64,000 nucleotides of DNA, taken from positions 1,803,788 through 1,867,787 of the forward strand of contig NC_092676.1 of the NCBI RefSeq assembly GCF_964355755.1, in the 5' to 3' direction. The stretch is from Antedon mediterranea (taxonomy: Eukaryota > Animalia > Echinodermata). Positions 37,301 through 52,300 of this stretch are shown in pieces; the stretch's first letter is position 1; each line of letters opens with the position of its first letter. Under the pieces are notes generated by a model. That model was not told the DNA's origin, made no database searches, and worked only from the letters and a program-made list of their open reading frames with translations. A program made the position numbers and the translations under genes.

Positions 37301-40300
37301 GAATGCTAGTTATGGAAAGGAATTAAAATCTTTTATTATACAGAGACGCTAAGCAACAACAAAATAAATAGAAACAAGTTCAAGTTCTATACTAAATAAT
37401 ATTGCCCTTTTCTTTTTTTGATATTTTAAAGTACAGTAAAATACAGTATATGGTTTGAAATTATTTTTTTGTTTGTTCAAACTTAAAAAGTTAAAAATTC
37501 ACATAAAAATACAAAAATAAAGTTAAATCTCAACAGGGTAAAATCTTTAAGTTGATTGATATATCATCAAGACATGATTGCTCATAAAATATTTAGCAAA
37601 TAAATCATTTATTCTGTCTGTCATGTGTACATAATGTGATTTAGTAACAATCACAGCTTAATGAATGTAATAATGTTGTGGCAGATAACATTTACTATCT
37701 CCCCTCTCAGGCCTAAGTACGATAACAACACTACAAATGAAATACACAATTCCTAAGTTTGATCTTATTTCTCCATGGTTTAAAACACTGCTCTAATCTT
37801 TGCATAAATTTGCATAAATTAACAAAGCAGACCCTTAACAGAGATACTACTACAGCTAAATGTTCATTTTGATAAATTTTCTAGTTTTATAAGGAACAGC
37901 ATTTTTTATTAAAAAAGGAAGGAAATACATAAAAACACCTTTTCCTTTCATTTTTAGTAATTTCTTACCGAGAATGGTAGACAGAAACTCGATATATTCC
38001 CTTGCGTCCGGTCACAGACGACACAACGCCCCTGAAACAATTCATATTATCCTTGAATTTATACAAAATATAGCTTAAAATTCCATGTGAAAAGTTCCGT
38101 TTGGAAGATGTATCTCAGCAATGCTAACAGGTAATCACTATCTCTCCACGAGCAAATTATGATGTGATTGAATTGAAGAACGGAGATTTATTGTATTGTA
38201 CTATTTCCTGCGGTGTAGCGTGAAATAAGGCGGCTTAATTGCCGAAGTACACCAGGTACTTGTGCCACGATAACTACATCAAAGTAATTAACTCAATGGA
38301 AAGATCTGTTGAAGTGAACGGTGCGAAAACGTTGCAATCTAATCTATAAAACTAGATTTAATCAATAAATCTGCAACACAACAATGTTTTCATTCCTCAA
38401 TTAAATCAACACAGATACTGTACTACAATACATGTTTTGTCCAATCGTCACTAATATTAGTATTAGTAAGATCAACTAGATAAACATAACATCAAAGCAT
38501 AAAATCCAACATCCCCCAATTTGCACGCACTATATACAGCTGGATACGCCAACGACTGTGATCAATTTCCCGAATTTAATCCTTGATAAAATCTGTTACG
38601 ATTAAGCTAGTAGGAGTAGATAGACCGGACAAGGTTGGTGGTACACCTATCACAGCAACTGAACTTTCCAATCACTGACAGTAGGTTGTACTACGTCACA
38701 GTTCCCACTTCCGACGTCAATTTTTCCTGTACAACCTACTTAAACAATATTACTATTCAGTACAAAAGCCAGCTTGTTTATTTGCAGCTATACTTCTATT
38801 AACCACACCTCACAATTGAATGGATTAAAACAACTGAACGATAGTTGATCAAGTAACGCTCCGATAATCATAATAATATTTTATTTGAAAAACATGTCGG
38901 CTCTTATGTCAGATTATTAGATGAGTAATATTATTATGAATTCGCAAAATTAGTCATTAAATAAAAGAATATAGAACAGGTTTTGATTATAGTAACCATC
39001 ATGTCTACATAATAAATATAGAATTTAACCTTGATGTGAAGGATATGTTTTATTTATTCAAATTATATTGCTATCAAAAATTGTTCTCGAAGCCGAAATT
39101 GCAAGTTTTACAAAAAAGCAGCGACCTCCTAAGTGTGGATAAATTTATTTTTAAATTATGTAGGACACAAAAATAATGTAGTGTTTTTTCCTGTGCACAA
39201 GACCAACAGCTAATCTCCCATTTGAAGGATGAGGAATGAGTTTAAAACATATTTTATATCTTTAAGATTTTGAATAGGCTATTTTGGGGTTTTAATAAAA
39301 TTATTCACTTCTGTAGAAAAAAAAATCCATTATTTAACTTTTAAAAAGACAAAAAAAAACGGTTTTACCCAAAAAACCATTGTCTGACAGACAATTTAGG
39401 TATATTTTGGTTTAATACATTTTTTTCAGGGAAAAAAACTTTTTTTTTCGATCCAGTTTTTGGTCAAAGTGAATAACTATTATTAGACATTAAAATGGCA
39501 TATTGAACAAAAAAATGTTTACAAATAATTTTATATATATTAAAATTTTTTTAGGGGGACAATATATTTTTAATAAAATAAAATTTACATTTGGAGGTTA
39601 AGCATTGTTATGTCACAATTCGCTAATGATATAAACACTCATTGCTTTAATGTATTATATACAGTATAAACGGTTATCATTTGAATTGAGTTTGTATAGA
39701 TTGCCGTTTGTATATATTAGCGTGGCATTTGATGATTTTAAATGAGACACTGTACAGATTGCAGTCACATTTCTTGTGTTTAGTAATCTTTTAACATTTG
39801 ATGAGGCTTTAATGTATCACTACTGGGAATTTTATCAAAACATTTTAAATATCACATGTTTATAAAAAATAACTGATTACATTCAATGCCTGTATTGATT
39901 CCATTTCTAAAATAAAAACTTCTTTTATAAATTAATTTATATATTTACCTTACTAAAACCTAAAAAATAAGAGTAATATTTCTTTTGTCAACTAAATTAG
40001 TTAATTGTCTTTTTATCCAAAATTTAACATATCAGAGATGACTTGCCAGGTTTAAAGCTCTGTCTACACTATCAAACTTTATGTGAAAAAAATGTAATGT
40101 GCCCATATGGACATGAAGATGTCATATCACTACCATATGTAGGCACACTACCATTATTTGGGCACATAACACTTTTTTGTCACATAAAGTTTGATAGTGC
40201 AGACAGAGCTTTAGAATGACTCTGTAGTCAGAGTCATTTCTCACCCAGCAAAAAAAATGTTAGTTCTTCTCTTCAGATATAATGACTTAATTTAACTCTG

Positions 40301-43300
40301 TCTTGAAAATGTTGCAAATCAGAAGGGGGACATACTCTAAAGCTCTGTCTACACTATCAAACTTTATGTGACAACAAAATGTGATGTGCCTATATATGGA
40401 CATGATGATGTCATATCACTACTTATGCAGGCATATTCCTACCATATATTGGCACATCACACATAGTAATGTATAGACATGGCTTATACATACTTCCCTG
40501 TTGTTGTCATGCATGCTATCAAAGCAGACCTCCTCTCTAACTATGTTTCCCACTGGGCTACATTATACAACCTTTTGTCATTTTCTGGGCCTTGCAAACA
40601 ATTTCAAACAAGGAAATACTAAGTCTACCAAAATAAACACAAAAATAACCCCACCATCATGAAGTAAACACACTCACCTAATCTAGGTACTTCAACAATG
40701 CAATCATGACATTACAACCTGCATGGTCGAAATCAACAAGTAGCCCTACATTCAACACAGTTATACTTTACTATACAATCAATTCTGAACAGTCAAATAC
40801 TACTAGTTGCAGTCATAAAAACCAGTGACACAAATCGACCTTCTAAGGTACGCAGGTGAAATTCAATGCAAACACAGAAGCCCAAGGCAAACAGGGTGAT
40901 GTTTAGCTACTAAATCCCTACAGAATACAATCAACTGGTTATGGTTAGCTACCTACAGTGCTAATGTCTATAGAAGATAACAAAAGTAAAAGAGGGTAAT
41001 AACAAAGGAAAAGATAACAATTGAATCCAACATACATACTTGTATTGTTGCAAGATGTCAGATTTGTTCAATACAGTATCTGAGCAGGAAACAATGACAT
41101 ATTTATTAGAGGTCAGGAAATAAACTTTTCTAGGTTTTCCCCCAGTATGATTACCTATTTTAAACCTATCAACAAAATGAATCTATTGAGTATTTATATT
41201 ACATTCTTATGTGAATACTAAACACACATGTCATGTTTGAGGTTGCTGCTGGCTTGGGATTTCTAAATTATGACACCGCCCCTTTCTCCTCAACTTTCTA
41301 CTTCCCCCTCCACCGCCTCCTTCCCCTCCACCGCCCCCTTCCCCTCCACTTCCTCCTTCCCCTCCACTTCCTCCTTCCCCTCCACTGCCCCCTTTCCCTC
41401 AACTTCCTGCTTCCCCTCCACTGCCCTCTTCCCTACCCCCACACTCCAGATATTTGGTGCAGAAGTCAAAGAAGTTAACAATCACAATTATCAAGATCAG
41501 AAAATGCAAACCTATTTTAACTGTGTAATCAAATAGTCATTTACCAATATAGCATTTTTCATAACATTTTTTAATGTTGTTGTTTTTAATTACATATTAT
41601 TTGCATCTGAAAGTTACAGTCAGTTATATAACATCTGGTGGTGAGAAGCCATGTTGGCAACACGCATTTCTAAATATATCTACAAGGTCGTGAGTGTCAT
41701 GCACGTACTCAATGAAGCATCATAATGAATCCTCTACCGCAATATTGAACATGAATCAGTTTCGACCTTGAGAATAAAATACACTCACCATATTTGTAAT
41801 CATTATCCTCAACCTAAAGATGACATAATGATTTATAATCGTTATCATTCTGATCATAATGATAATCAGGATTCAGTTCTAGTGGGTTATAAAATTATTG
41901 TATGAGTCCTGTTTTAAACAAATAAATGGTTAAATAATAAGTAAATCATCAATTTTCTCAAATAATTCCAAACATATGAAAATGAAAGAGTATATAAACA
42001 TAGGATTGTTTGTAGGCTATCCTTGTTATTAAGAGTGTTTTTAAAATGATAAATTGTTAGCACTGTGCAACGTTTAGTTCCAATAAAAATGGTTTTTATT
42101 TTGACTGCCATTGACCGTTGAGTCAACTACCGTATCTGTAATCTTTTTGAGCTTTTAACTGCTGTGTGATGTGAGTGCAATACATTTGGGTAATGACATC
42201 ATTAGTTTGTTGTTGATGATCATCACTCACCACAGTAAAAATTAAATTTTTTTAATCTTTTTTAAAATAAATCGCTTTTGTGTATGCAACAGGAACAGGT
42301 GGGCTGAAGATACAAAAAGTGAAGATATATACCTCCATGCTATTTCTATTTCACAAAAATTTAAAAAAAAATATTGTGGAATAAATTATCTAAAGAGATA
42401 AAGTCATCTCAAGCAATGATTTGTTATAAAAAGAATGTTTTTAAAAAGTCATACCATGATGTTAGCGTTTATATCAGGATATCCTACACATGATCACATC
42501 ATGATTTTGTTAACATAATGAATGAACACAGTAAAAGCATCTTATAGTTAAAATAATTGGCTATAAAAACTGAAAACTTACGAGAAATTAACTTCAATAG
42601 TGACAACGGCTCTCAACCCTTCCTTAATCCACAATGGTATAACTTCTTTATGAATCAACATCTTCCGGTTACAATTAACCCGTTAAAAGAAACCCCAAAT
42701 CATTACTAACAAGTGAAACAATTTAAGTAATAGAACACCAACTTAAAAATGTCAGAATTCTCTCCGCAACAGAACAGGAAATGGTTGAAAAGTTTTCAAG
42801 TTTCTTTCACAGCTACCATGAATTGACAACTTCATAATAGCATTTGAATAATCCTATAAAGGAAACTGACGACCGTCAGTGACAAAAAGGTAAACCGCTT
42901 TTAAAATCAAATCATTAAGTAAAGCCAACCTAATGAATGCAAAATAGACAATGACACACTATGGTACTGTACACCGACACTTGTCATTTACTGTGCTATC
43001 AAAATATTTTTTTTTACAAATTTATCTACCAAGCAGGAAGCCTTGAGGTAATTTTTTGGGACATTCCATTTAGTTGAACTTACTAGGAGTTCGTCTTGGA
43101 GGTACAAAATAACAAAAGTTTCTACCTCCATGAAGTACACCAACTGGGAGATAGTAGACCAATCAGACGCAGTGACAGGACAGGTAAATTAAACTCCCGG
43201 AGTGCCTCCGTTACCATGGTGAGGAAATCCCCAACGAGAGCTTCCTAATATTCTTCTGATTTCCTTCTTATTGTTTTAGTTTTCTCATTGCATTCACTTT

Positions 43301-46300
43301 CACAATTAACTTTTTGCATGTTGTTTTCAACTTAAAATTTTGCAACAAAGTTATTTATGCCAACTCATGCATATATAGAATTATTTAGATATTTCTTAAC
43401 ATAAAAGCTATTACATTTTACTGACCTGGGCTCCAACAAAACAAAACGAAATTTATGGTAGGGGTGTTGTATAAGTTGATTTCATTGGTTAGGTTCAACG
43501 TTCAATTGCAATAATTATTGGCGTCTTACTCAAAAACACTATATATAGAATAGTACCATCTGCACCTATCCTAAAGCTCTGTCTACACTATCAAACTAGT
43601 TTGACAAAAAAAGTATGATGTGCCCAAATATGGTAGTGATGTGCCCAAATATGGTAGTGATATGCTCAAATATGGTAGTGATATGACATCATCATGTTCA
43701 TATATGGGCACATCACATTTTGTTGTCACATAAAGTTTGATAGTGTAGACAGAGCTTTAGATCATAACATGTTATTAGCACATATCCTCTAAATAAATCA
43801 ACCTCACTTCTAAATATAACTGAACCTACCCCTCTGATTATTTCCCTCTATACCTATAATGTATATCACACCCCCACCCCTCCCCCATGTCATACATTTA
43901 ATTATGCATAGCTTTGTGTTTCGTCGGTTTCGTATGATGTTAAAATCAAACCATGGATTCTTCTGGAATAATGACTGAACACAAAACTTAACTTATGATC
44001 AAACAAAAAATTACATTTATTTTTAACAATATTAGTAAGAATGAAAACCACCAACAAATGATAAAATTACCAAAGTTGTGTCCATCATAGAAAAAAAAAA
44101 TCGATACCACATATCCGGGTTAATTATCTAGAATTAATACTTTAATTTTGTTTTATAGCAGGACATTGTTTCATCATGGATTACGATTTAAAGGAAAATC
44201 CATTTAAATATTACTGAGAACACAGAACAATGTTGGCTATTATCCCTAGTGTATATATTAAAATATTAATTAGTCAATTCCCTTAGGAAACCAACATCGG
44301 AAAACAGAACAAGGATTGAAAATAATGACAGGACACCACAAGATTTTACGGAAACATTTTTTTTAAATGACTAAATTTAGCTAAATAATTATTATTACAT
44401 AATAAATTGGATAATTTTGTACTATTCCTATATTTTTTTATAATTGATAATGATAAAAGGTGTATGTATTAGGATATGACAATGATGCTGATATTATGAT
44501 AAGAAGGGAAGCAGCACAAAGAAAAAGCTTAAGTTTCCACAATTAAGTAATGAGATAATGATAATAATGATGATGATGAGGATAATAAAAACGTATGAGT
44601 GAATAATGACAAAAAGACGGTTCATCTATTTAACAACAAAATGTTTACAAACATTAAAATGTTGGCAAACGGTTTTAAAGCTCTGTCTACACTATCAAAC
44701 TTTATGTGACAAAAAAATGTGATGTGCCCATAATATGGACTTGATGATGTCATATCACTACCATATTTGGGCACATCACACTTTTTTTTGTCAAATTAGT
44801 TTAATAGTGTAGACAGAGCTTAAGGAAATATTATGTTCCGCTTGAATGAAGCAATCAAATGAAACAAGTGAGTACAGTATCCAAAACTTTGCTTTACATA
44901 ATTAGTATTATGAAATATCACAGAAAAGGAAAGTACAATCCAAGCTGAAATAAAAATTGCCAAGGTAAACTATAGTCATCCTTATCTAAGCTTCCTGATT
45001 CCATGATTTCCTTCCTGTATTCCCAACGGATCTAATCCATTCACTCCGCAATTTAACATTTCCTTCTGAGTTATGTCAACATTGAACCAATCATAAAAGA
45101 CAAAATCAATCTATCGCGACTATTTTGTATATAATAACATATGACCTGCTAGTTGTAGCGTTAAATATTGTCGCTGCTGTGTTTAATAGTTATACTGTAT
45201 TTTATTATTTATACTTTTGTACATTTCTAGAGCTTAGATTACATATTTCGATAAGGAACAAACAATGTTAAACAAACACTTTTACAAATGGTATACAGTC
45301 TCTTAAGGGATAAGCACTATAAACACAAATTATTTCAACAAACTTTCATATAAATTACATGCAATAACGATGTTATAAGAGAAGTCTGGTGACCCAAAAA
45401 ATATCTAGACTACATACAATGGGAGGAAGTAATAACAATTTAAAACTGAAAAAAACTTGAATGAACATAAATTTGAGAGCAGAAATACAGTAAACGTGGA
45501 TAAAAGGAAAATGGCTAAGAGAGTCTGATTTAAAAAGAAACAAAAACAACAATATCCAAATTAGTGGTAGGGGTCCTTCAACAACACAAGCAAAACACCA
45601 CATACTGCTACTATACTTAATAGTACACATACCCTAGACGCCAATGCATGTTAGTGCTCCTATCAACATGAATGAACCTCTCAAATATAACCGAAACTAA
45701 CCATCTAAATACTCCCTTCAAGTACTAAAGTCCATTAGCATCCATACAAACCCACATACAGTGTATTCAAAGTTGGTTCAAGGGTAGGTGAGAATGGAAC
45801 CAAATTGGCCCCTTTTTTATACCTATACAAAATACAACACATTTTGTAGTTTCCACTTTCCACACTTAGGCATTGCTAAAATACATTTGTCAGAATCTCA
45901 CTATCTTTATACACTAATGCAAAGGCATGCCCAGTCCCAGTGGTCTAATGGTAGAGTGCCTGCATATCAAGCACAAGTTTCCAGGTTCATGTCTTAGTTG
46001 GGTAAATTGTATTCAAAGATTTTGTCCAGGTCTTTTTTTTTTTATTAACCATGACTTTTAATTTTTTACAGAATCAAATCGCGGACTGGTTACCGTTTAC
46101 AACTTTAAAAATGTACTTAAAAGCATTCCAAACACTTTTATGTTCCTCAAGCCTATACAAAAAGATAACAATCTTTATCAGCTATTTCACAATGCACCAT
46201 TTAACTCCTTTTCACAACCAAACGATTACTGACCTACAGCAGGTAAACTTGTCTTACCTTTTACTTTTGAAAAACCTTTGCAACAACTGACCCATGGTCA

Positions 46301-49300
46301 AGCACTTCCTTCCAGTCCAATTTTGAGTCCCGTCCTAACGCCAAATTCTGTTCTATATCGTGTTTACACAAACAATACAATATTCCATTTATACCAACGC
46401 AACAAAGCAATTGTTAGTGTTTAACCAAACTATGTACTATAACTCCTACACTAAAAATATTTAATTATATTTATCCAAGGTTCTGCTACTATATAACCCT
46501 TGCATGGTATCCTGTATAAGTCTATTGATGACATCACAAACACAGAGAATTACTTGAATCGCTCACAGCACTTAGCCTCCAAATAATAATTCACCTTTCG
46601 AAGCATTACAAAGTGATTTCTTTTCTTTGTAAAAACTGCCAGACTTGTTGAATTCATGCAAATAAAATAAACTATTAGAAATTGAGCCTTTCCCTATTGT
46701 TTGCACGTTTTTAGTTCCTGTTTTGCAAACTGCAACATAATCTAAACAAGGAAATTTACCAATGAAATGAGAGCTATAGACATTTACAGACCTATCACAG
46801 ATTAGAGATTTTCAGCATGATATAGAAGAAGTTAATGGGCTGTTAGGCAATAACCGCTTGCTTTTGATAACATTCCTACGTAATAACAAACTTTAATGTT
46901 TAAATCAAGAATAAGGGAGAATAAGACAATGAGCACAAATTAATACTTATAGGCCTACGTGCTCTTAAATTGCAGTAGACGAGAACTAAAATTAAACGGT
47001 TTGATTTGAAAGTGATAATACATTTTTTTCATAACATTTTTAGAAAATTATTTTTACTTTCAAACCAAACTGTTACTTTAAACTTGTTTGCAACATCAGG
47101 AAATAGATACTAGGCTCTGTCTACACTATCAAACATGTGATGTGGCCATATATGGACATGATGATATCACTACCATATTTGGGCATATCACTACCATATT
47201 TAGGCATATCACTACCATATTTGGGCATATCACTACCATATTTAGGCATATCACACTCTTTTTTTTCAAACTAGGTTAATAATGTAGACAGAGATTTGTA
47301 TTGTCTACTTCATTCATCTGTAAGCTTGACATGTCATATAAGTAACTCTAAATTACATTTAAAAAATATCTATATATGTCGATGTTGTATAATATATTAT
47401 ACAGAATTTCATCTTTAGGCATAATTTCTAAAAATATGATGTTTCTTCAAACAAACCAGTACCTAGACAACTCTTAATAATCCAATCATCTGATTGGTCA
47501 ATTATTAGGGCAAGTATGAATATTCCTAATATGGAAAGTATTGTAGCCCAATTATACTCCTGGATAGTATAGTGTATATTTCCTCCATGCCTGGAACAAT
47601 TACATGACTAATTTAGTCATTAAGATTTTTCAAAATGTATATAGGTCTGTTTACAAATAAAAGTTTATGTTTTAATTTTGGTACACTACTCCAGCTAGAA
47701 ACCAGCTTCATAAAAAAAGAAAGAGGGCAGTAGATGAAATCAACTTGTGAAATTTTACAAATTTTGCCATCAATATCATTGATATAATATGTTTGAAGTC
47801 TTACAACTGAATACTCACAACCAAATACTCACAAAGAAGTCTCAAAAAGAAGTCTCACAAACTGCTCTCACAACCAAATACTCACAAACAAGTACTCACA
47901 ACCAAATACTCACAACCAAATACACACAACAAAATACTCACAACAAAATACTCACAAAGAAGTCTCACAAACTGCTCTCACAACCAAATACTCACAAACA
48001 AGTCTCGCAACCAAGTCTCACAACCAAATACTCACAACCAAGTCTTGCAACTAAGTCTCACAACCAACACTCAAAACCAAATATTCACACTCTAGTCTAC
48101 AACCAAGTACTCACAATTAAGTCTCACAATTAATTCTCACAAGTTTGAAAGATGGTCATAATCAATAACATCATTGTTATCCTTATCATCATCTCCTTCA
48201 TATCAACATAACATATTCACTTCATATAGCATTCTTGTTAAAGTAGCGGTTTAGTAGCTTTAGCATATTAAAGACAGCCGAATAAAGTTAAGCAAACTGA
48301 ATGTATATTAAGCACATAAAGTAAAATTAATGTTCTAAATATCCTATCTTCAACTAAGTATACAAGCCTAAAAGATTAGCAACATGAAGCAGTAGATTAC
48401 AACAAACATTCAAATTATTAAACTATAATCAACAAATAAATTCATATCAGTATTACTTCAAATCCAATGTTCATTTTATAGCACAGAGGAAAAATGGCTA
48501 AATTCTAAAAATCAAGATTTGAGATTCTGCCTACTATTATAGATCACAAGTTTGAGCTGGAGAATAATCTTGAAGATCAAATTAAAATCAATCAAGCATT
48601 TACAGTTAAACAAAATGATGAGGAACTGTTGTCATAACGCCTATTTATCAACTGATAATGTAAAGAAACATTTCTGTCTAGAATAGAATCTTGAACTGAA
48701 AAATACTAGAGTCTTCCAATACTGGACACCTTTGGGCTGGCCTAATATGTCTGATGGTTCTGCGGAAAGTCCGGTATTAGGAATGCGTTTCTAATGGTAA
48801 AAATGACTTTGGGATATTTTGGACCTAAGAAAAGACTGGTTTTGGGAGAGTTTCTGGTTTTATCAAAGAGTCCAGCATTGGAAGAGTTGACTGTATATAA
48901 AAGAGTCACTTGAACCTGACGGGAGACACTCTCTACACTATAGCCCTACTGCAATTTAAGTATTAAATCTGAAATGCTACGAAATACTATAGTTCAAAAA
49001 ATGAATTATGATAGAAGCAAAGGTGTTAGATTTTTAAAGCTGATGTACAAAATAAGTTTTTGAGTAATGAAAAATTAAATAAGTAGTTAATAAGGATTGA
49101 GAATCCAGCTTAATTAATACAAGTAAAAATAAAAGAGAGTTGATGGTGGTGAAGAGTGATTTCTAAACTCACAGTAAAAACAGTTTACCTAGTCATGGTT
49201 ACCTAGTTGACTGACAGCAGGCAAGAGAATAACCTAGCATTCTATAAACATAACAAATAAACCTAAATCTCTCAAAAACAACTTCCTATTAATAATATGT

Positions 49301-52300
49301 TATAAATCATAAGCTTTCAAATTTAATAATCAAATAAAATTTGCATTTTTTGTTAATATTGCAAGCAATTTATCTTATTAAAACTTTGCCAGAAAGTTAA
49401 AATAAATATATACTTGACACATATCCTTTTAGATTCTTTATTATTTCATTTTCAGAATTTATTTTTTTAATCTAAAAAAAAGTTTGATAGAAAAATGTGT
49501 TTTATCTGTTGAAAAATACAAACTATTAAAAAAATAACAATTGATATAAAAAGTATTTTTTCTTTACCTCCTAAGTAACTGGTTTTGGAATAAACTATTG
49601 GAACAAAAACGACAACTTTAAAATTAAAAACAAACAAACTAACAAAAAGAAAAGGGTTAATATTTCTCTAGTACCCACCCATTGATGAGGTATATTGTAC
49701 TATAGTACTGTAACCCGTAAATGGAAGTGATGTTGTATAACTGTATATATTGTATTAAATATGTATCATCATTAATTCTACATATACTCTAAATATGTTA
49801 ATTATTAATTTTATTCTAAAACACCATAAGGTAGTAGTTGATTAGCACCATTATTTGTATTTTAGATATGCTAATTAAATCTAAAATCAAACTATATGTA
49901 TAGTTATTGATTCAAATCCAAAAACATTATTTTTTAAATTTTGAATCAGAGTTAATTTACAAATTTGAACAAATAATATAGTAATATAGAAAATTCTAAA
50001 AATGCACTATTACTATATTAGTGATCATTTTTATCATTTTAATGAAATTAGTAAACCCATTATGAATAGATAAGTATATTAACATTACAATTCTCTCAAT
50101 ATCAGACAAGTATAGTATTGAAAAGAACTGTTTAAAGTGCCGACTAATATAATATATGAATACACAATAAATAAACCATTTGTTCTTATTGTTACATTAA
50201 GACATGAAGGCTTATCAAATTTGCAAATGAATACACGTACAACATGAATATCGTTTAATATATGAATATTCATTAAAATTTATGAATATTAATTAGTAAT
50301 ATTCAACAGTGAATGCATAACAACGAGTAGATGAGAAATGAACATTTCTTATTAAAATTTCAGTGATAAAGAATATAATGTAGAATACAATTAATGATAT
50401 GTATGATTTTGTGAGGATAATGTTCTTGTTGACTTTAATAATTCACTAAGAAAACTCGCAAAGGTGAGGAAACAAGAATACAACGTGCAAACAGTGAATG
50501 ACACAAGTATAATATATTATTGCAATAACTATTTAGTGGTGTAAAGACTAACTAAAGCACAACAAACACACAACAGTGGAGTTTGTATATAATGTAGTCT
50601 GAAGAAAGTTAACATTTTGATGTAGATTATGAACAAAACGGACAGAAATAACTCAAAAGGGAAAAATGCAGTGGCATAATACCTATGAGCACTTACTGGC
50701 TAAACCCAGGGGACCCAGAGCTTAAGGGATGAGCAGCCCCCAATGCAGACCAAGGGCCTTTTCCACCTGCGTTACACCACCGGGAAAATGGTCATAACAA
50801 AATTTACTTTCTTCAAAATACATATATATATAATGTGAAATTGAATACGTATTACATTGCATTTACCATTTCCTTGGTCTTCCGGTGTCCTGAGGGCGCT
50901 CTTCACTGTGTTCTTCCAACCTACTTTTACTTTGTTCAAGAAGTTTCCTTCGGCTGTAACTCTTGCTGGCTGGTTTGCCGGGCGGTGCGTGCGCCTTGCC
51001 GGCCCATCTGTGTGAGTTGATAACGTGACCAGGTGTTTTTAGATTACACGGCCGCTTTTTTAACGTTAACACAACACCAGTTTTGTCTGCCTTCAGTGCA
51101 CCTATCAATTTGTTGTGACTCCATCCAACCTGTAAATAAAGAAAAAAAAATATGTTGACAAAATTGTTATTGTCATGACTCCATTCAATCTATATCAAGA
51201 AAAAAATGTGTTGGGACACTGTAGTGACTTAAACTTGTCTTCTGTTTAAAAGAAGTAAAACTTAATTTAAATTTTTATATACATATCTTGATATTCCTTT
51301 TATGAATATTTAATTGTTTCTTTTTAACATTTGTTTTCTGAGAAAGATAATTTTGTACGTAGTCATGTTGAGGTATAAAGAAAAAAAATATATGTTGTAG
51401 TTGTAACGTAATGTTGAATAGGAGTTGCAACATCTTATTATTTATTATTACAATATAAAACAGTTGTACAATAAAGACAGACCATAGTGAAAATTAAATA
51501 TGTATTAGTTTATTCATTAGTAAATATATGCGTTGTTACTTTTTCAGTTTGTCATAAAATGAAACAGTTAAACAAATAAAGACAAGGAACATATGGACAA
51601 TTAAAATGTGTTTTTGTTCGTAAGTAAATATATGCGTTTGTAGAAGAAGATGTTTGTTTGTTTGTTTTTATTTCTTGCTCATAAAAAAACAATTGTACAA
51701 AAATATACATCAAAAGTCGCAGACTTTAAAAACAACAAGAAGATGTTTGTTACTTCTATTGTTCGTCATAAAATGAAACAGTTATACAAATCAAGAAACG
51801 GAACAAATGGATAATTAAAATGTGTCAGTTCATAGTAAATATTTATTGAGAAAAGAGTTTTTAATATAATAATACATACAATCGGAACAATAGCTTAGTC
51901 AACATCATTTTCTTAAAGTGAAACCAGAAATTTAAATGACATTGTCCTTTGAGATAAAAAACAATAGACCTTTCCGCTGCTCAACAAGCATTTGTTTACT
52001 TAGAGTAGGTCTTGTGATGCTTAACACATATTCTATAAAAGACTGCAAGAAAGGATCCAGTGAAGACACACATTTTTTCCTCTGGACATATTTTAAAAGA
52101 ATACTTACCACAGTTTGTTTGTTGATCTGTAAGACTTCATCTCCTGGATGGATCTTTTCATTGATATGAGCAGGAGACTAAAAAAACAACAAATACATAT
52201 ATTGATAATAATTGTTTTTGTTTTAAATTTAAAAAAAAAACTTTATTAGTAAATACCTAATGAAAATGTTAACATCAAATATTTTTTAAATCAACCAATT

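Noticed and set aside
40678-41910. Strong GTGAGT donors at 41788 and 40677 (minus strand)
   Set aside because: No phase-2 open frame precedes them. At most they are non-coding 5' exons, which is unverifiable here.
47088-47279. Recurrent short ORFs with LCLHYQT / HITTIFG peptides
   Set aside because: They are translations of MITE family A TIRs and internal repeats, not a gene family.
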